Shown: positions 23,598-32,000 of the stretch, one piece after another
Layout of the letters: every line of letters begins with the position of its first letter
How positions within the stretch are numbered: the first letter of the stretch is position 1
DNA from: Candidatus Saccharimonadota bacterium
GTDB lineage: Bacteria > Patescibacteriota > Saccharimonadia > Saccharimonadales > UBA4665
Reading direction: 5' to 3'
Length of the DNA stretch: 32,000 nt
NCBI GenBank assembly: GCA_002952755.1
Contig: CP025011.1
Location: 1,020,001 to 1,052,000, forward strand
The notes under the pieces: generated by a model
What the model saw: the letters and a program-made list of their open reading frames with translations, nothing else
The model's database searches: none
Told to the model about the DNA's origin: nothing
Position numbers and translations under genes: made by a program

Positions 23598-24446
23598 TCA
23601 TAATGCATTGTAGGCAACAGGAGTTCCAAACGTAGGATCACCATAGTAATCTGCCACCCAATGACCCAGCCGAACCCGTCCATGCCCTCCATACCAGCGT
23701 ACACCAGCTATCTCGACAAGAGCCTCTAGGCGACTGGTCGTATAACGAACCTTGCCCACCGCCTCGTTAACAAAGTTAACGGCAAGATTTGGCTCGAGCG
23801 TACCGCTTACATGCTGAAGTAGATGAAGACCTAACATCGTTTCGGGTGTTACGGACGGTTCAATAGCGGAGAATAAATCGCCGGGACTTTTATGCGGCTC
23901 ACGTCCGCTTAGAGGGTTCGCGTCTATTACTACGGCCGTCCAAGAGGTGCCGTTGTATGCTTGAGTTAGCTTGCCTGCACGAGTCATAGCTTGTATCCAC
24001 GGCTCACGCCCTACGATAAGATCTGATCCTTGGGGTGCCCTATAGACCAACGGGAATGAGTGAGTCTTGGTCATCATCATATTGGTAGGGTCAGGCAAGA
24101 GCTCACCATAGACTGTGCCACTGCTAGGAATCCATAGTCCTTGCTCAGTCTTACTAAACTGATTCTGTCGAAAAGCTTTGGCGTTCTCAATAATTGTCGC
24201 ACGCCCTTCTAAGTCAAGTAGGGGCGCGGGCATGATGCGAAGGGCCGGATTCGTTTCAGCAACATGAGTCAAACGATCAATAATAGACTGATCAAATGCG
24301 GGTAGCTCGTGGCCTAACTGATGCCAAAATATACTCATGGTTTCCAGTTGGTCCTCCAAGGAGAGGGTTAACTCAGGATTTAAAAAATCTGCTACATGCA
24401 ACTCAAAGGTAGTCGGGTCAGCATTGCCAGCCTGTTCAATCGTCAT
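23598..24446 (-). CDS. Hypothetical protein (282 aa orphan)
   Basis: SD GGGAGGTG upstream. Protein-like composition. No recognised motif. Confidence 0.7.
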   Translation of the reverse strand: MTIEQAGNADPTTFELHVADFLNPELTLSLEDQLETMSIFWHQLGHELPAFDQSIIDRLTHVAETNPALRIMPAPLLDLEGRATIIENAKAFRQNQFSKTEQGLWIPSSGTVYGELLPDPTNMMMTKTHSFPLVYRAPQGSDLIVGREPWIQAMTRAGKLTQAYNGTSWTAVVIDANPLSGREPHKSPGDLFSAIEPSVTPETMLGLHLLQHVSGTLEPNLAVNFVNEAVGKVRYTTSRLEALVEIAGVRWYGGHGRVRLGHWVADYYGDPTFGTPVAYNAL

Positions 24447-24631
24447 ACGTCACCTCCCAGTCTTAAAACTTTCTACGGTCTTATTTTGACCTTGAATCGA
24501 GGAAAGTCAAAACATAATATCCCCTTACCGCAGCCAAATCTATGTGTTACATTAGAAACGCTTTTTAATCAACACACACGAGCTTGGTTGTCCCTGTGTG
24601 TATTTTTATTTACCGAAAAGAGGTTCAATAT

Positions 24632-25627
24632 ATGATAGCTCACTTTCCCGAATCCCCTATGCGCGAGCCCTATCAGAGCTATATAAATGAGCGAGCCGCA
24701 AACCTAGCGGCCACGCTTAATGAACTCGTAGGGGAAACCAACCTCCAACTCTGCCCCAGGGCTATCCTGGATACTGAGCGGTACTTTGACGACTCTTCAG
24801 CGCTCATATACGGTTGCGTCGTCGATCGTCTCGAGGATGGAGAAAAATCAGCCCTTTACTTAGCGGACGATGATCATTGTAACGGTACCGTTGTATGGCA
24901 AACTGAGTGCGGACTAGACTATGCGCAACAAATTATCCAAGCGGGCAATCAGGTTCGCCTTAAGGATCCTCGCGAATCTGATGGACGGGGTCAAGTGACC
25001 GCCAGTACCTTGCAAGAAGTGAAGGCAGCCTTGCAGGATCACCCTTCCCTGGAGACCAACGGTATGGTCGTCATGCCACACTTAGTAGAGGTTACCGACC
25101 GAGTCTCGATCGGACGCATCCGACTAGGCCCGCTTGGCACCTATGCATATATCGGTCGAGAGTTTGTAACCCGACGAAATGAAAGTGACGTCTATGCCGG
25201 CGCCGACCTGGCTGTAGTTAACAACGCGACGACCGAGGGGCTAAAGACTGCAGCAGACCAACTCGGTATTGACCCCAAGAGCATAGATCTCGCCAGGGGG
25301 GCATTACTGGGATTCGAAAAACTAGCGCTCCACGTTGGCAGAGTAAGCGTAGATATTCTTTCAGGCCGTGTAGATAACGGAGATACTATCTTGACAGTAG
25401 TAGATCTTACGCCTCGTATTGGGAACAACACACCGCCAGAGGTAGAGGCTATAAAAGCACTGCGAGATAACGGCGCCCAAGGGCATGTTGCCCATGTCCG
25501 TTGTCGGCTGCACTACGACCCAACTGATAGCAATCCTCCAGCAGGAGTTCGCTATATAGATACGAACTCACTCATTGCTACTACAACTGTAACCGATCTA
25601 GCGTCGGTACGTACACATTACTCTTAA
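24632..25627 (+). CDS. ATP-grasp-like protein (DUF3182-like), tentative
   Basis: ORF 24584..25627, trimmed to the ATG at 24632 (SD AAGAGG). The pattern RLKDPRESDGRGQ...VVMPHLVEV...SIGRIRLG...YAGADLAVV resembles my recollection of DUF3182/ATP-grasp-like proteins. Not verified. Confidence 0.55.
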   Translation: MIAHFPESPMREPYQSYINERAANLAATLNELVGETNLQLCPRAILDTERYFDDSSALIYGCVVDRLEDGEKSALYLADDDHCNGTVVWQTECGLDYAQQIIQAGNQVRLKDPRESDGRGQVTASTLQEVKAALQDHPSLETNGMVVMPHLVEVTDRVSIGRIRLGPLGTYAYIGREFVTRRNESDVYAGADLAVVNNATTEGLKTAADQLGIDPKSIDLARGALLGFEKLALHVGRVSVDILSGRVDNGDTILTVVDLTPRIGNNTPPEVEAIKALRDNGAQGHVAHVRCRLHYDPTDSNPPAGVRYIDTNSLIATTTVTDLASVRTHYS

Positions 25628-26852
25628 TTGCTGCAGCCTGTAAAAGTCCTAGGAGAGCAGGCTTAGCCCGATCGCCAGGGTTCAGTGCGACACGTCCACT
25701 TAAAAAGTCGCCATGATCGTCAACAAACTCAAGTAGCTCTGCAGATAAAGCACAATGGTGGTCTTGGTACATCGGCAGAGTCAGACCAGGGTCGCCATTA
25801 TTTGCGACCAGCAGGTCCACTAGCGAGTAAGCACTATAGATAGCAGTGTTAGCGCCAAAACCCGCCCAAGGTGGCGCCGCTCGGCCAGAATCTCCAACCT
25901 TCACACCCGCGCTACCCAGCACAAAGTGTGTCGTTGCTTTATAGTGGAAACGACCCCTAATACGGCCAGGTAGCTGATCGGCAATTGTAGGGTCTGCTTC
26001 TAGGAGCTGTGGAAAGTCTCTTGCCAGTCGTTCGCGCGCGCCACTTGCATCCGGAAAGGGGTGAGCTCCATCGGCAATATCATTAAAATCGGAGATAAAG
26101 AGCACTGAAATACTCCCATCGAGATTCGGAACACCAATCGTGTATGAATGATTATTCGAGCCATGCCAGTAATGAAGGTGGTGAGGGGATAAGAACTGGC
26201 CCGCGTCCGGCGAAATAGTAGCTGTTACGTAATCTTTGGGGTCACGTCGTATATTGAGGTCACCGCCTTCGAATTTTGCTACCATTTTGTCAGCACAGCT
26301 ATGAAGGCCGTCGGCTACGACAATCATATCGCCAGAAAAAGTGTTACAAGCACCACCTTGCTGGTATTCTATAGTGGCTTTGTCAGGATCTATATCTACA
26401 ACTTTCGTATCGAATTTCAATGCAGCACCGGCATCGCTTGCGATGATTGCCAAATTACGCTGGAGTGCGGGACGGGGGATGCTTGTGAGGTGGTCTTCCG
26501 ATCCGCCACCATACGATGCATATCTCACTTTTCCTGTTTCAAGGTCATGTACAGCCCGGCCGTGTACTGCGACACCACCATCCCACACTCGTGGATCGCC
26601 TACAGCCTGCCGTCCTATGTTATTGAGCGTGAGGTTAAACGATTTCCCTGTATAGCGTAAGTCGCCCCTCCTCGGATCCTGTAGCTCTTCAAAAACGGTA
26701 ACCTTAGCACCATAATTATGGGCTGCCGCAGCCACGGCCAAACCTGCGGGGCCTGCACCCACTACGCCAATACTCATTCCAGCAAGCGCCTGATCGTCTG
26801 CCGCCATATCGACTCGTTCGACGGGTAATGGTTTGGACTCAGTCAGTGCCAT
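25581..26852 (-). CDS. FAD-dependent (group A flavoprotein) monooxygenase
   Basis: SD AAGGAG upstream. Motifs GVVGAGPAGLA...VTVFEE (GxGxxG plus acidic), VVADGLHS (DG motif) and GDSGRAAPPWAGFGANTAIYSA (GD motif). Confidence 0.9.
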   Translation of the reverse strand: MALTESKPLPVERVDMAADDQALAGMSIGVVGAGPAGLAVAAAAHNYGAKVTVFEELQDPRRGDLRYTGKSFNLTLNNIGRQAVGDPRVWDGGVAVHGRAVHDLETGKVRYASYGGGSEDHLTSIPRPALQRNLAIIASDAGAALKFDTKVVDIDPDKATIEYQQGGACNTFSGDMIVVADGLHSCADKMVAKFEGGDLNIRRDPKDYVTATISPDAGQFLSPHHLHYWHGSNNHSYTIGVPNLDGSISVLFISDFNDIADGAHPFPDASGARERLARDFPQLLEADPTIADQLPGRIRGRFHYKATTHFVLGSAGVKVGDSGRAAPPWAGFGANTAIYSAYSLVDLLVANNGDPGLTLPMYQDHHCALSAELLEFVDDHGDFLSGRVALNPGDRAKPALLGLLQAAAIKSNVYVPTLDRLQL

Positions 26853-27041
26853 ATAGCATCTCCTTATACTGTCAAATAGACCTTAAGATATTACACGATT
26901 CAAATGATACAGACCACTCCCTACAATTTCATTATTTCAGTAGTTCATCAGGAAAGGATTCAAAAGATTAACTCGAGCCCGAGAGCCACTAATGATCCAC
27001 TCTGGATGCAACATATACTTTGTAGGTAGTAAGAAAATACC

Positions 27042-28091
27042 TCATTCTGTCCGCTCCTTCAAAAACCGCGTCATATCTGCAAAGGCAGTCTCGCCATCTT
27101 TGTTAAAGGTGAACTGATATTCATGCGGCAAACTCGGAGTATGATCCTGAGGATAGAAGAGCGTTGTCGTGGAGACGCCTAGCGACCGCAGCTCGGCTGC
27201 AAGGGGGATCGACTGTACATTGGTAAGCGGATCGCCATTGCCACCGCTTATGTATGTGGCAGGGAAATGGCTAGACACATGGTAATAGGCAGACATTTGC
27301 CGGATAAGCGGGCTCGACTTGTCCCGTGTGCCCGTATAGGCCCACACGGTGACGTCATCTCCCCAGCTCACAACCTTTGGCAAGAGCGGGTTAGGATTGG
27401 CTAATCCCTCCATTTTATAAATCCCGCAATACAGCACAACACCAGCTAGCTGCGATGGGGCAAGCGAAGGCGTAATGCCAACTTCGTGCGCATACTGAGG
27501 ATTTGTCAGTAGGGCGGCCATCTGGCTGGAGAGCTGCGCGCCGGCCGAATCGCCGGCTAATATGATCTTATCCGTATTTGCCTGGAAGCGATTAGCGTTA
27601 GCTTGGATGTACGCGTATGCATCATTTAGCTGGTGCACGGCCGTTGGGTAGGTCTTCCCAGGAGCTAAGGAATAGTTAAGCGAGATGACCACAAATCCTT
27701 GATCGGCCAAACGTTTGAAGTACGGGGCGACATTAGTTTTGTCGCCAGAAACCCACGCACCGCCGTGCGTCCATACCACAACCGGCAGACTTGCATGAGT
27801 GTGGGCGGCTGCCTCAGGAATATACACATCAATCAACGCGTCTTTATCGCCCTTACTATATTGCTGGTTGGACAATACTTTGGCTGGATAGTCCGGCAGT
27901 TTCTTGCGCATGGCCTGAAGCGTTTGACGGCCACCGTGATTAAATACCGCACGGATAAGTAAAGCACCTGGCCATGGACTCAGCCGAAAGGCGAGCGCCA
28001 CGACCAGGATGATGCCCGCCGCAACACCAGCAATCCAAAGGAAGTATTTTCTAAGGTGCCGAGTAGACTTTGTTTTTGTTTTTTTCGACAT
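27042..28091 (-). CDS. Membrane-anchored alpha/beta hydrolase (HSL-type esterase/lipase)
   Basis: N-terminal TM helix FLWIAGVAAGIILVVALAF. Oxyanion-hole motif HGGAW and nucleophile elbow GDSAG. Confidence 0.9.
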   Translation of the reverse strand: MSKKTKTKSTRHLRKYFLWIAGVAAGIILVVALAFRLSPWPGALLIRAVFNHGGRQTLQAMRKKLPDYPAKVLSNQQYSKGDKDALIDVYIPEAAAHTHASLPVVVWTHGGAWVSGDKTNVAPYFKRLADQGFVVISLNYSLAPGKTYPTAVHQLNDAYAYIQANANRFQANTDKIILAGDSAGAQLSSQMAALLTNPQYAHEVGITPSLAPSQLAGVVLYCGIYKMEGLANPNPLLPKVVSWGDDVTVWAYTGTRDKSSPLIRQMSAYYHVSSHFPATYISGGNGDPLTNVQSIPLAAELRSLGVSTTTLFYPQDHTPSLPHEYQFTFNKDGETAFADMTRFLKERTE

Positions 28092-28358
28092 TTTGATTTC
28101 TCTATTGTAAGTATCGGCCAGTGAGCGGGAAAGTGCAAGACCCGCCAGCCGCGTCTCGAACTTGACTAACGAAAACGCCTCAAATTACAGAAGGAGAGGT
28201 CAAGCAGCACTCCTATCTTTCAGATAGCTGTAGGAATTTCTAGTAATGTTGTACTATTTGGTAATCAGGGTGTATAATGCGGTCCTAACAAATTAAATAG
28301 CAGGATAGCAGGGCACGAGGAACCCTATTATAAAGTCACCCAAAAAGAAGAGGCTACC

Positions 28359-28892
28359 GTGATACTTACTGGCTCAAAGATAGAGACCGAGGTGGCGAAG
28401 GGCCATATAAAAATTGATCCTTTCGATAAACAATTAGTTAACCCCAATAGCTACAACTATCGCTTAGGTGATCAGCTGTTGGTCATGCCTGGCCTCATAG
28501 ATGCCAAACAGCAGCCAAAAACCCAGGAAATTAGGATACCAGAAGAAGGGTATGTACTGCAGCCCAACACCATATATCTCGGCTATACATACGAGAGTAT
28601 CGGCAGTGACCTCTACGTGCCAAGTCTCATTGGGCGTTCCTCGCTAGGCCGGTTGGGCCTTTTTTTACAAATTACGGCCGATTTAGGCAATCTAGGCACC
28701 TACCACAAATGGACCTTGGAGCTTAAAGTAGTGCAGCCGCTCCGTGTCTATCACAAGATGCGCATCGGGCAAGTGTCGTTTTGGAAGCCGGACGGTATAG
28801 AGATGCTTGAGAAAGGCTATACAAAACTGCCCGACAACTACGCAAAATACTCTATGTCCGCCCCAAGTCAAGTTAAAAAATTTTTCGAGTAA
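28359..28892 (+). CDS. dcd: dCTP deaminase family protein (paralogue 1; retains the catalytic Glu)
   Basis: GTG start with SD AAGAGG. Motifs ILTGSKI...IDPFD...NPNSYNYRLG, GRSSLGRLGLF and WTLELK (the Glu of the VLEF motif). Confidence 0.9.
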   Translation: MILTGSKIETEVAKGHIKIDPFDKQLVNPNSYNYRLGDQLLVMPGLIDAKQQPKTQEIRIPEEGYVLQPNTIYLGYTYESIGSDLYVPSLIGRSSLGRLGLFLQITADLGNLGTYHKWTLELKVVQPLRVYHKMRIGQVSFWKPDGIEMLEKGYTKLPDNYAKYSMSAPSQVKKFFE

Positions 28893-28896
28893 AACC

Positions 28897-29421
28897 ATGA
28901 TACTTACAGGACCCCACATACAACAACAAGTCGAAAGCGGTTCGATCGTTATCGAGCCCTTTGACCCCCATCTTATAAACCCCAATTCGTACGATTTTCG
29001 GCTTGGCAACACGCTGATGGTGTACGAAGATCATATTCTTGATTCCAAAAAGATAAACCCCACAAAAATAATCACACTAACCGACGAGGGGTACACGCTA
29101 CAACCAGATACATTGTATCTCGGCCATACGCAGGAAGTTATCGGCAGCGAAACCTATGTGCCCATCATTCGTGGCAAGTCGTCTACGGGCAGGGTGGGGC
29201 TGTTCGTACATATTACGGCCGACCTTATAGACATCGGCTCAATCGGTCAGGTAACGCTCATGCTCCATGCGGTCCAGCCACTTACTGTGTATCCGGGTAT
29301 GCGTATTGGGCAGGTGACTTTCTGGAAGACGTTAGGGGACATCCAACTGTATCAGGGTAAATACCAAGGGAGCGTTGGCCCTATGTCATCCCAGGTATAT
29401 AAGGATTTTGTAGCGTCATGA
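28897..29421 (+). CDS. dCTP deaminase/dUTPase-fold protein (paralogue 2; catalytic Glu replaced by Met)
   Basis: ORF 28807..29421, trimmed to the ATG at 28897 (MILTGPHI), 4 nt after the paralogue 1 stop. About 50% identical to paralogue 1 by eye. Contains GKSSTGRVGLF, IDIG, and TLMLH where TLEL is expected. Confidence 0.85.
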   Translation: MILTGPHIQQQVESGSIVIEPFDPHLINPNSYDFRLGNTLMVYEDHILDSKKINPTKIITLTDEGYTLQPDTLYLGHTQEVIGSETYVPIIRGKSSTGRVGLFVHITADLIDIGSIGQVTLMLHAVQPLTVYPGMRIGQVTFWKTLGDIQLYQGKYQGSVGPMSSQVYKDFVAS

Positions 29422-30524
29422 GAATTCTGACCGGCATCGACGTACCCTTTCTACCATTCGGCGGCAGTCTGCTATGTTGTGACGATTGGTATAGTAACCT
29501 GCCGGAAGATGTCGAGGCTCGTTTTTTGACATTACCCAACCCCACCGGAGAAAAATGGTGGAGCATGGAAGATGTGGTGATGCTTGATGTAGAAAAAGCT
29601 CGCACACCGGAAGGTTTCGATGAGTACGTGCGGCGCCTAAAAGTATTGGTACAGAAACAGATCGACGCCTACCAGCCAGACGTCATTCACTGTCAACATC
29701 TAAACTACGGCCTATCACGCGCCTTCGCCGAGATTGACACCGCCATTCCGCGAATTGGCATCTGCCATGGTACCGACGTGCAATCGGCAACCCACAACCC
29801 GTTCTTTTTAGAAAATCTGCGCTATATTTGCCGCGCTATGGACGCCATTGTATTTCCCAACACCACAATGTACGAGGACTTTAAGGCGACGTTTCCCGAA
29901 GAAAAGAAGCATTATATTAGCCCCCTAGGTATTCCTGATAGGTACTTTAGCGCCCAACGCCGTCAGCTCAGTTTTAAAGGTACCGGCACATTACGTGTTC
30001 TGTACGTAGGCCGGCTGCTCGCCTGGAAAGGCCCCGATATCGCTGTCGAAGCCATGTCACTTGTGCGGCATGACATGCACTTAACAGTCATCGGCAATGA
30101 AGACCAAAAGGGCTTCCGGCAGCAACTGCTCGACACAGTAGCAGCCAATAACTTAGGTGAGCGGGTCACATTTTTGCCGCAATTACCGCGAGACGAGCTG
30201 CTCAAAAGCTTTGACGACTACGATGTTATTGTGTTTCCATCCAGGCGGCTGGAGGCTTTTTCACTCACTGTCGTAGAGGCTCAGGCGAGGGGCCTACCGC
30301 TTATCTTTCATCCAGGGGGCGGCATCACTAATACCGTAGGCGACGGTGGGCTACGGCTGGCCGAATGCACATCTAAAAGCCTAGCCGCCAGCCTGGATTA
30401 TGTATATCAACATCCCGACATACTAGCTCGCCTACAACGCAAGGCATACGCAAATGCCGAGCAGTACAGGCTGTCAGCCTCCCAAGAACGGCTCTTCCAT
30501 CTTTCTCAAGCGTTTATTGCTTAA
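29418..30524 (+). CDS. Glycosyltransferase family 4 (GT-B, glycosyl transferases group 1)
   Basis: The ATG overlaps the paralogue 2 stop (ATGA). Contains MRILTG..., VLYVGRLLAWKG and the E-x7-E motif EAFSLTVVEAQARGLP. Confidence 0.9.
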   Translation: MRILTGIDVPFLPFGGSLLCCDDWYSNLPEDVEARFLTLPNPTGEKWWSMEDVVMLDVEKARTPEGFDEYVRRLKVLVQKQIDAYQPDVIHCQHLNYGLSRAFAEIDTAIPRIGICHGTDVQSATHNPFFLENLRYICRAMDAIVFPNTTMYEDFKATFPEEKKHYISPLGIPDRYFSAQRRQLSFKGTGTLRVLYVGRLLAWKGPDIAVEAMSLVRHDMHLTVIGNEDQKGFRQQLLDTVAANNLGERVTFLPQLPRDELLKSFDDYDVIVFPSRRLEAFSLTVVEAQARGLPLIFHPGGGITNTVGDGGLRLAECTSKSLAASLDYVYQHPDILARLQRKAYANAEQYRLSASQERLFHLSQAFIA

Positions 30525-31222
30525 AGCGCGTGTTGCAAATCGAATTCTTCAATGATTTGATAGTGCGACTGTGCGGGAAACTTGGCAACCATGCATAGTT
30601 TGGTGAATGCCACCTCATGCACGTCAGCAAACAAATCCGCCAGCCCCGCCTCTACACCCACCCGCTGCTTTAGCGTACCGGTAAAAGGGTTGATGCATGT
30701 AAAATGCGGAGTGAATTCTTCAAATATATAAGGCGCATGGAACTGTTTGGTTTTAGCGACCTGTGATGGTGAGGACTCAAAATAATGTAGCGAATCTGCC
30801 TGCAGTCGATTTGAGTATTCAGAGCCGTGACCTAGCGGGTGAATTGTTGCCACTAAAATGTCATGCAGAAGTTCAATGTTGCGGTTAGGGCGCAGATGAA
30901 TCGCAGCTTGGTTGCTTTCGGGACGCCAAAAACCTACGCGCGTTTTGGTAAATACGTACTGATTACTCGGGCGTAGGCAGGTCAAAAGCTCGTGGACGCG
31001 AGCGACCACGGCCTGCAGCTCATCTTCTTCGATATCTATAGCGTCGGTAATCGTGGCGTGAAATCCATATTCGCCACTGAGTACAGTCCACTCCGGTTGA
31101 ATAAAAGCTGGCGGCGTGGTCGATTGGCGGCGCCGGATGTCATAACCAACGACGGCTGATCCACGCTCATAAAACACCCCCTCTTCGGGAATAACATACA
31201 ATCCAACGCGCATCATCGACAT
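30521..31222 (-). CDS. 2H phosphoesterase superfamily protein (DUF1045-like)
   Basis: Two HxT motifs in the right context: YGFHATITD and FTPHFTCINPF. N-terminus RVGLYVIPEE. Starts 4 nt after the upstream nucleotidyltransferase stop. Confidence 0.65.
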   Translation of the reverse strand: MSMMRVGLYVIPEEGVFYERGSAVVGYDIRRRQSTTPPAFIQPEWTVLSGEYGFHATITDAIDIEEDELQAVVARVHELLTCLRPSNQYVFTKTRVGFWRPESNQAAIHLRPNRNIELLHDILVATIHPLGHGSEYSNRLQADSLHYFESSPSQVAKTKQFHAPYIFEEFTPHFTCINPFTGTLKQRVGVEAGLADLFADVHEVAFTKLCMVAKFPAQSHYQIIEEFDLQHAL

Positions 31223-31226
31223 AGGC

Positions 31227-31967
31227 TTACTTTACTACCTTACGTTTTTTATGCGCCTTATCAGCAAAATAGTTTGTTGCCTCAAGCAATCGATCGAACT
31301 TGCCGGCATCGGTCCAAAATCCATCTAAGCGCTGCCACCGCAACTCACCTTCGGCGATATACTTATTATTAATATGGGTGGGCTTAATTTCGCCTTCTAC
31401 TTGGCCGAGATGCTCTTTAATAAATGAAAAACACTTTGTGTCATACATGTAGATACCGGTCGCCGCATACTTAGTTTTGGGCTTTGCTGGATTTTCTTCA
31501 ATACCAACAATGCGGCTTGGGTCGTTAGGGTCAAACTCCGGAACGCCCATACCATCAGGGTCGGTGAACTCCTGAATAAGCACCGTTGCCCCGCCAGTAA
31601 AATCTTGTACAGCCTGCTTAAGATTAGCATCAGTCACCTGATCGCCTAGCATGACCAGTAAAGGTTCGTTACCTGCAAAATCTTCGGCTAAAAGTAGGGC
31701 TTCGCCAGCACCTCCAAATCCATCCTGGTATGCATACTGCAAGCTACGAATACCCAGCTCTTTGCCATCTTTTAGCAGATTAAAGAAATGGCCGGCAAAC
31801 GGTCCACCAAGTACACACATAATATCAGTGACACCAGCTGTCAGCATCGTCTGCAAAGGGTAGTAAATCATCGGCTTGTCGTACACAGGCAGCAGATGCT
31901 TGTTGGTAGCACGGGTCAAAGGATAGAGACGGGTGCCAAGACCCCCACACAGCAAGACACCTTTCAT
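31227..31967 (-). CDS. Sugar-1-phosphate nucleotidyltransferase (RfbA/glucose-1-phosphate thymidylyltransferase-like)
   Basis: MKGVLLCGGLGTRLYPLTRATNKHLLPV (GGxGTRLxPLT motif). ORF track 31227..31997 uses a GTG at the window edge. The ATG at 31967 places the motif at the N-terminus. Confidence 0.9.
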   Translation of the reverse strand: MKGVLLCGGLGTRLYPLTRATNKHLLPVYDKPMIYYPLQTMLTAGVTDIMCVLGGPFAGHFFNLLKDGKELGIRSLQYAYQDGFGGAGEALLLAEDFAGNEPLLVMLGDQVTDANLKQAVQDFTGGATVLIQEFTDPDGMGVPEFDPNDPSRIVGIEENPAKPKTKYAATGIYMYDTKCFSFIKEHLGQVEGEIKPTHINNKYIAEGELRWQRLDGFWTDAGKFDRLLEATNYFADKAHKKRKVVK

Positions 31968-32000
31968 TTGGCGTATTATATCCTGCCCAAGGGTCACTTC

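Noticed and set aside
28282-28300. Tandem 8-mer TAGCAGGA TAGCAGGG in the dcd 5' leader as a regulatory repeat
   Set aside because: There are only two short copies, which is easily chance, and I found no matching motif elsewhere in the window.
1-32000. CRISPR array, rRNA, transposase/IS element, integrase, phage structural genes, reverse transcriptase (DGR/retron)
   Set aside because: I saw no regularly spaced short repeats, no terminal inverted repeats flanking a transposase-like ORF, and no ORF with recombinase or RT motifs. The only regular repeats are the coding propeller blades at 7449-8245.

Overview
This is a densely coding bacterial chromosomal window with about 33 protein genes and one tRNA. 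I found no rRNA, CRISPR array, transposase, integrase or phage structural gene.

Left end (0-3.5 kb): envelope-glycan genes, then smpB and tRNA-Asn(GTT). The glycan genes are a GT2, a membrane-anchored GH-A hydrolase, and a second GT2 that looks frameshifted.

Accessory-looking stretch (3.6-16.4 kb): it starts directly 3' of the tRNA and holds orphan proteins plus two very large secreted proteins. One is a 783-aa Vgb-like 7-bladed propeller with FN3/Ig-like domains. The other is a 1062-aa SGNH-hydrolase multidomain protein. The last bases of tRNA-Asn and its terminator hairpin recur at 10240-10298 (53 of 60 aligned positions by hand). This att-like pair brackets a 6.7-kb five-gene segment. Inside that segment a ~40-bp terminator-plus-promoter cassette occurs three times.

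Middle (16.5-19.8 kb): a P-loop kinase, then a five-gene translationally coupled operon (SDR, PII-like protein, SRPBCC, isochorismatase-like, PhzF-like).

Right (19.9-32 kb): a DGHHR (ParB/Srx-like) mini-protein and orphans, then a mixed-strand enzyme cluster (GGCT-like, SDR, orphan, ATP-grasp-like, FAD monooxygenase, esterase). After that come two tandem Dcd paralogues with complementary active-site substitutions, coupled to a GT4. These converge on an RfbA-like nucleotidyltransferase plus a 2H phosphoesterase.

Several genes have a -10 box only 6-9 nt upstream of the ATG, suggesting leaderless mRNAs. The gene content is reminiscent of a small-genome Patescibacteria/Saccharibacteria-like organism, but that is only a guess.

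I cannot recognise any named defence or secretion system. The best novelty candidates are the tRNA-linked repeat-bounded segment with its orphan and surface cargo, the split Dcd pair coupled to a glycosyltransferase, and the orphan run at 9.6-12.8 kb. All functional calls come from motif recognition by eye, with no database search.
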